From the NCBI RefSeq assembly GCF_009914755.1, contig NC_060943.1: a stretch of DNA of 64,000 nt. One strand, 5' to 3'. The notes under the pieces were generated by a model. That model did no database searches and had not been told where the DNA came from. It saw nothing but the letters and a program-made list of their open reading frames with translations. Position numbers and translations under genes: made by a program. Origin of the DNA: the human T2T-CHM13v2.0 reference genome, Homo sapiens. Position 1 is the first letter of the stretch. Each line of letters starts with the position of its first letter. Positions 62,249 to 64,000 of this stretch are shown here, piece by piece.

Positions 62249-62979
62249 TAGCAGGCACTACAGGCGCCGCCACCAGACCCGCCTAATTTTTGTATTTTTA
62301 GTAGAGATGGGGTTTCACCGTGTTGGCCAGGATGGTCCTGAACTTCCAGCAGCAAGTGATCCTCCCGCCTTGACCTCCCAAAGTGCTGGGATTACAGGGG
62401 TGTGCCCTCGCGCTCGGCCGTCTCTCGCGTCTTTCTTAGACTCCCTGATCTCTGTCCTGGCCCCCGGGATCTTTGTCTTCGTCCCCTCTCTAGTTCGCTC
62501 CCAGCAGATTCACTGTCTTCTCTCTCTGGTCCTCTCCCCTTTGCCTCGGACTGTATCCTCTTCGTCGCTGTTGATCCCACTGCTGCACTGTCCTCGCTGC
62601 TGTCTTCTCACAGTCCTGTCGCCATCCCCATCCCCTGCCTCAGTCCCCTGTGCCGTCGGCCGCTCCACCTGTGACCGTGGAGTCTTTTTCTGTCACTTCC
62701 GTCTCTGTCACATCCCCTCTGGTCGCTCCTGGTCGGAGGCCCTGCCTCCCTCGCCTCAGGGCCCTTCCCCGCTCCTTCTCTTCCTGTCATCCCTGGCTCC
62801 TTCCCAGCGTCTTTCCTTCCTTCTCCGAATCGTCCTCTGCTCCTCTGGGTTTGCGCCTGCTGGGAGCTCTGCCCCTGGGAGCTGTTTCCTCCGCTCAGTC
62901 TCTGGGTGTTTCCTAGGGGGTCACATGCTCTTCTAGGCCTGTCCTGGGGCAGAGGGGTCGCCCTGAGGTCCATCAGTCA

Positions 62980-63850
62980 GTCTGACCATCTCCTTCGAAC
63001 CTCGAGCCTCTCGCCTCGCCTCGCCTGACGCCCTTTCCCGCCCTTTATCTTTCCCTTCAGGATAAAAAATAAAAAGAGTCGGAAGCATCAGCGCCTAGGG
63101 CCCAATCGCCACTCTGGAACAGGTGTGCGCGGCGGGTCCGCGGGCTGGCGGGAGCTCACACGAACTCACGCGCGAGCTCGCAGGCCGCGGCGGCCGGCTG
63201 GCGACTAGTGACGTCGCAGGGGCTTGTCCCTGCCTTACTGGCTGCCTTCGACCAGCGCGCGCTTGCTGGAGTAGACGGCCGCGCCTTTCCCAGCGCCAGG
63301 GGGCGCTCAGCGCTAGAGCTCACTGACCCTGGGAGCCCTATGGAGAGACTCGTGTCATCCTGGCAACCCTGTCCTACCTGATTGGATACCTGCTGCCGTT
63401 CGTTGGATCCATTACTCTGATCGGATGCCTGGTGGGTCAAGGCTTGTACATAACTGGATGCCTGGAAATGTGGATCTACCCTACCTTTGGCATGTCTCTC
63501 TCTTAGCGGGATATCTTCCGCAAGCACTGGGGATGTGGACAAGGAAAGTAAATTGAGTCTCCGTTGGGGAGTGAGGGGTGTTGGACGTGGCACGGGAACC
63601 CGGCCGGAGTCAGCGGACCCAATTGGCTGCTCTCTCTCAGATACAGTTCCCCTTCCTCCCTCCAGGGGGCGCCATGGAACGCAGGGCCCTCACTGGCTCT
63701 GGGGACTGGGTGACGTCAGGGGTGAGCCTCTCGTGATTGGCTCCATCACCCTGCGTAAGATCAAAGGGAAGAAAGGACAGCCCCGACAGCCGGAGCCATT
63801 GTGGCTCCGGCCGATTGCGCCGGCCCTCGGGCCCTCAGGGAGGCGAGGGT
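62980..63850. promoter_or_regulatory. CpG-rich region with two CTCF-like motifs
   Basis: CAGCGCCAGGGGGCGCT (63291-63307) and CCCTCCAGGGGGCGCCA (63658-63674). Also CCAAT at 63102 and CRE-like TGACGTCG at 63209. Confidence 0.65.
63459..63789 (-). promoter_or_regulatory. CGB1/CGB2-type promoter and first-exon module, head-to-head with snaR
   Basis: Minus strand translates to (L)STSPVLAEDIPLRERHAKGRVDPHFQA, close to the recalled CGB1/CGB2 N-terminal extension MST(F/S)PVLAEDIPLRERHVKGRVDPHF. CRE TGACGTCA at 63711-63718, CCAAT boxes at 63619-63626 and 63736-63740, donor AAG|GTAGGG at 63485/63484. Confidence 0.75.
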
Positions 63851-63912
63851 GTGAGGGTACAGAGTTCGAGGCCAACTTGGTCCACATTGGTAGGAAAAAA
63901 AAAAATTTTTTT
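63790..63912 (+). ncRNA. SNAR-F: snaR (small NF90/ILF3-associated RNA), Pol III transcript, SNAR-F
   Basis: CCGGAGCCATTGTGGCTCCGGCCG...GAGTTCGAGGCCAACTTGGTCCACATTGG matches the recalled snaR family sequence. B-box GTTCGAGGC at 63864-63872, oligo-A followed by T7 terminator. Single copy near LRRC4B fits SNAR-F. Confidence 0.9.
63906..63912 (+). terminator. Pol III T-run terminator of snaR
   Basis: TTTTTTT directly after an A11 tract. Confidence 0.85.
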
Positions 63913-64000
63913 ATCGTTCCCTATATAACAACAAAACATAAAGGGAGGACGCCTTGATAGGAAGAAATGACATCTTCCTAAGTGTTTTTAAATTACTTCA

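Noticed and set aside
63156-63593. 145-aa ORF as a CGB-like protein gene
   Set aside because: Only the leader peptide is CGB1/2-like, its start is TTG, and no gonadotropin cystine-knot exons occur in the window

Overview
Primate (very likely human chr19q13.3) genomic DNA, GC-rich on the left and extremely Alu-dense on the right. The only supportable protein-coding sequence is the first coding exon of LRRC4B (NGL-3) on the minus strand (exon 7707-7376, ATG at 7672, 99 codons). Its non-coding first exon and CpG promoter lie at about 27264-26773, and the rest of the gene is beyond the left edge. The ~36 kb upstream of LRRC4B is mostly transposon debris: dozens of Alus, a truncated SVA nested in an Alu, a fragmented Tigger1, MaLR/ERV LTRs, a Y4 RNA pseudogene and a FAM. 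The right end holds a Pol III snaR gene (SNAR-F, 63790-63912, +). Back-to-back with it is a minus-strand promoter/first-exon module homologous to the insert that created the CGB1/CGB2 5' ends. The most interesting observations are (1) a chain of two 19-codon uORFs in the LRRC4B leader, linked by an ATGA overlap and a TAG-G-ATG junction that lands on Met17, (2) the orphan CGB1/2-type exon with an intact splice donor pointing toward an SVA terminal-exon cassette and LRRC4B, and (3) a (GGGGCC)4 plus G-run tract in the LRRC4B 5'UTR. Gene and repeat names come from recognition of the sequence, not database searches. Repeat boundaries are approximate.
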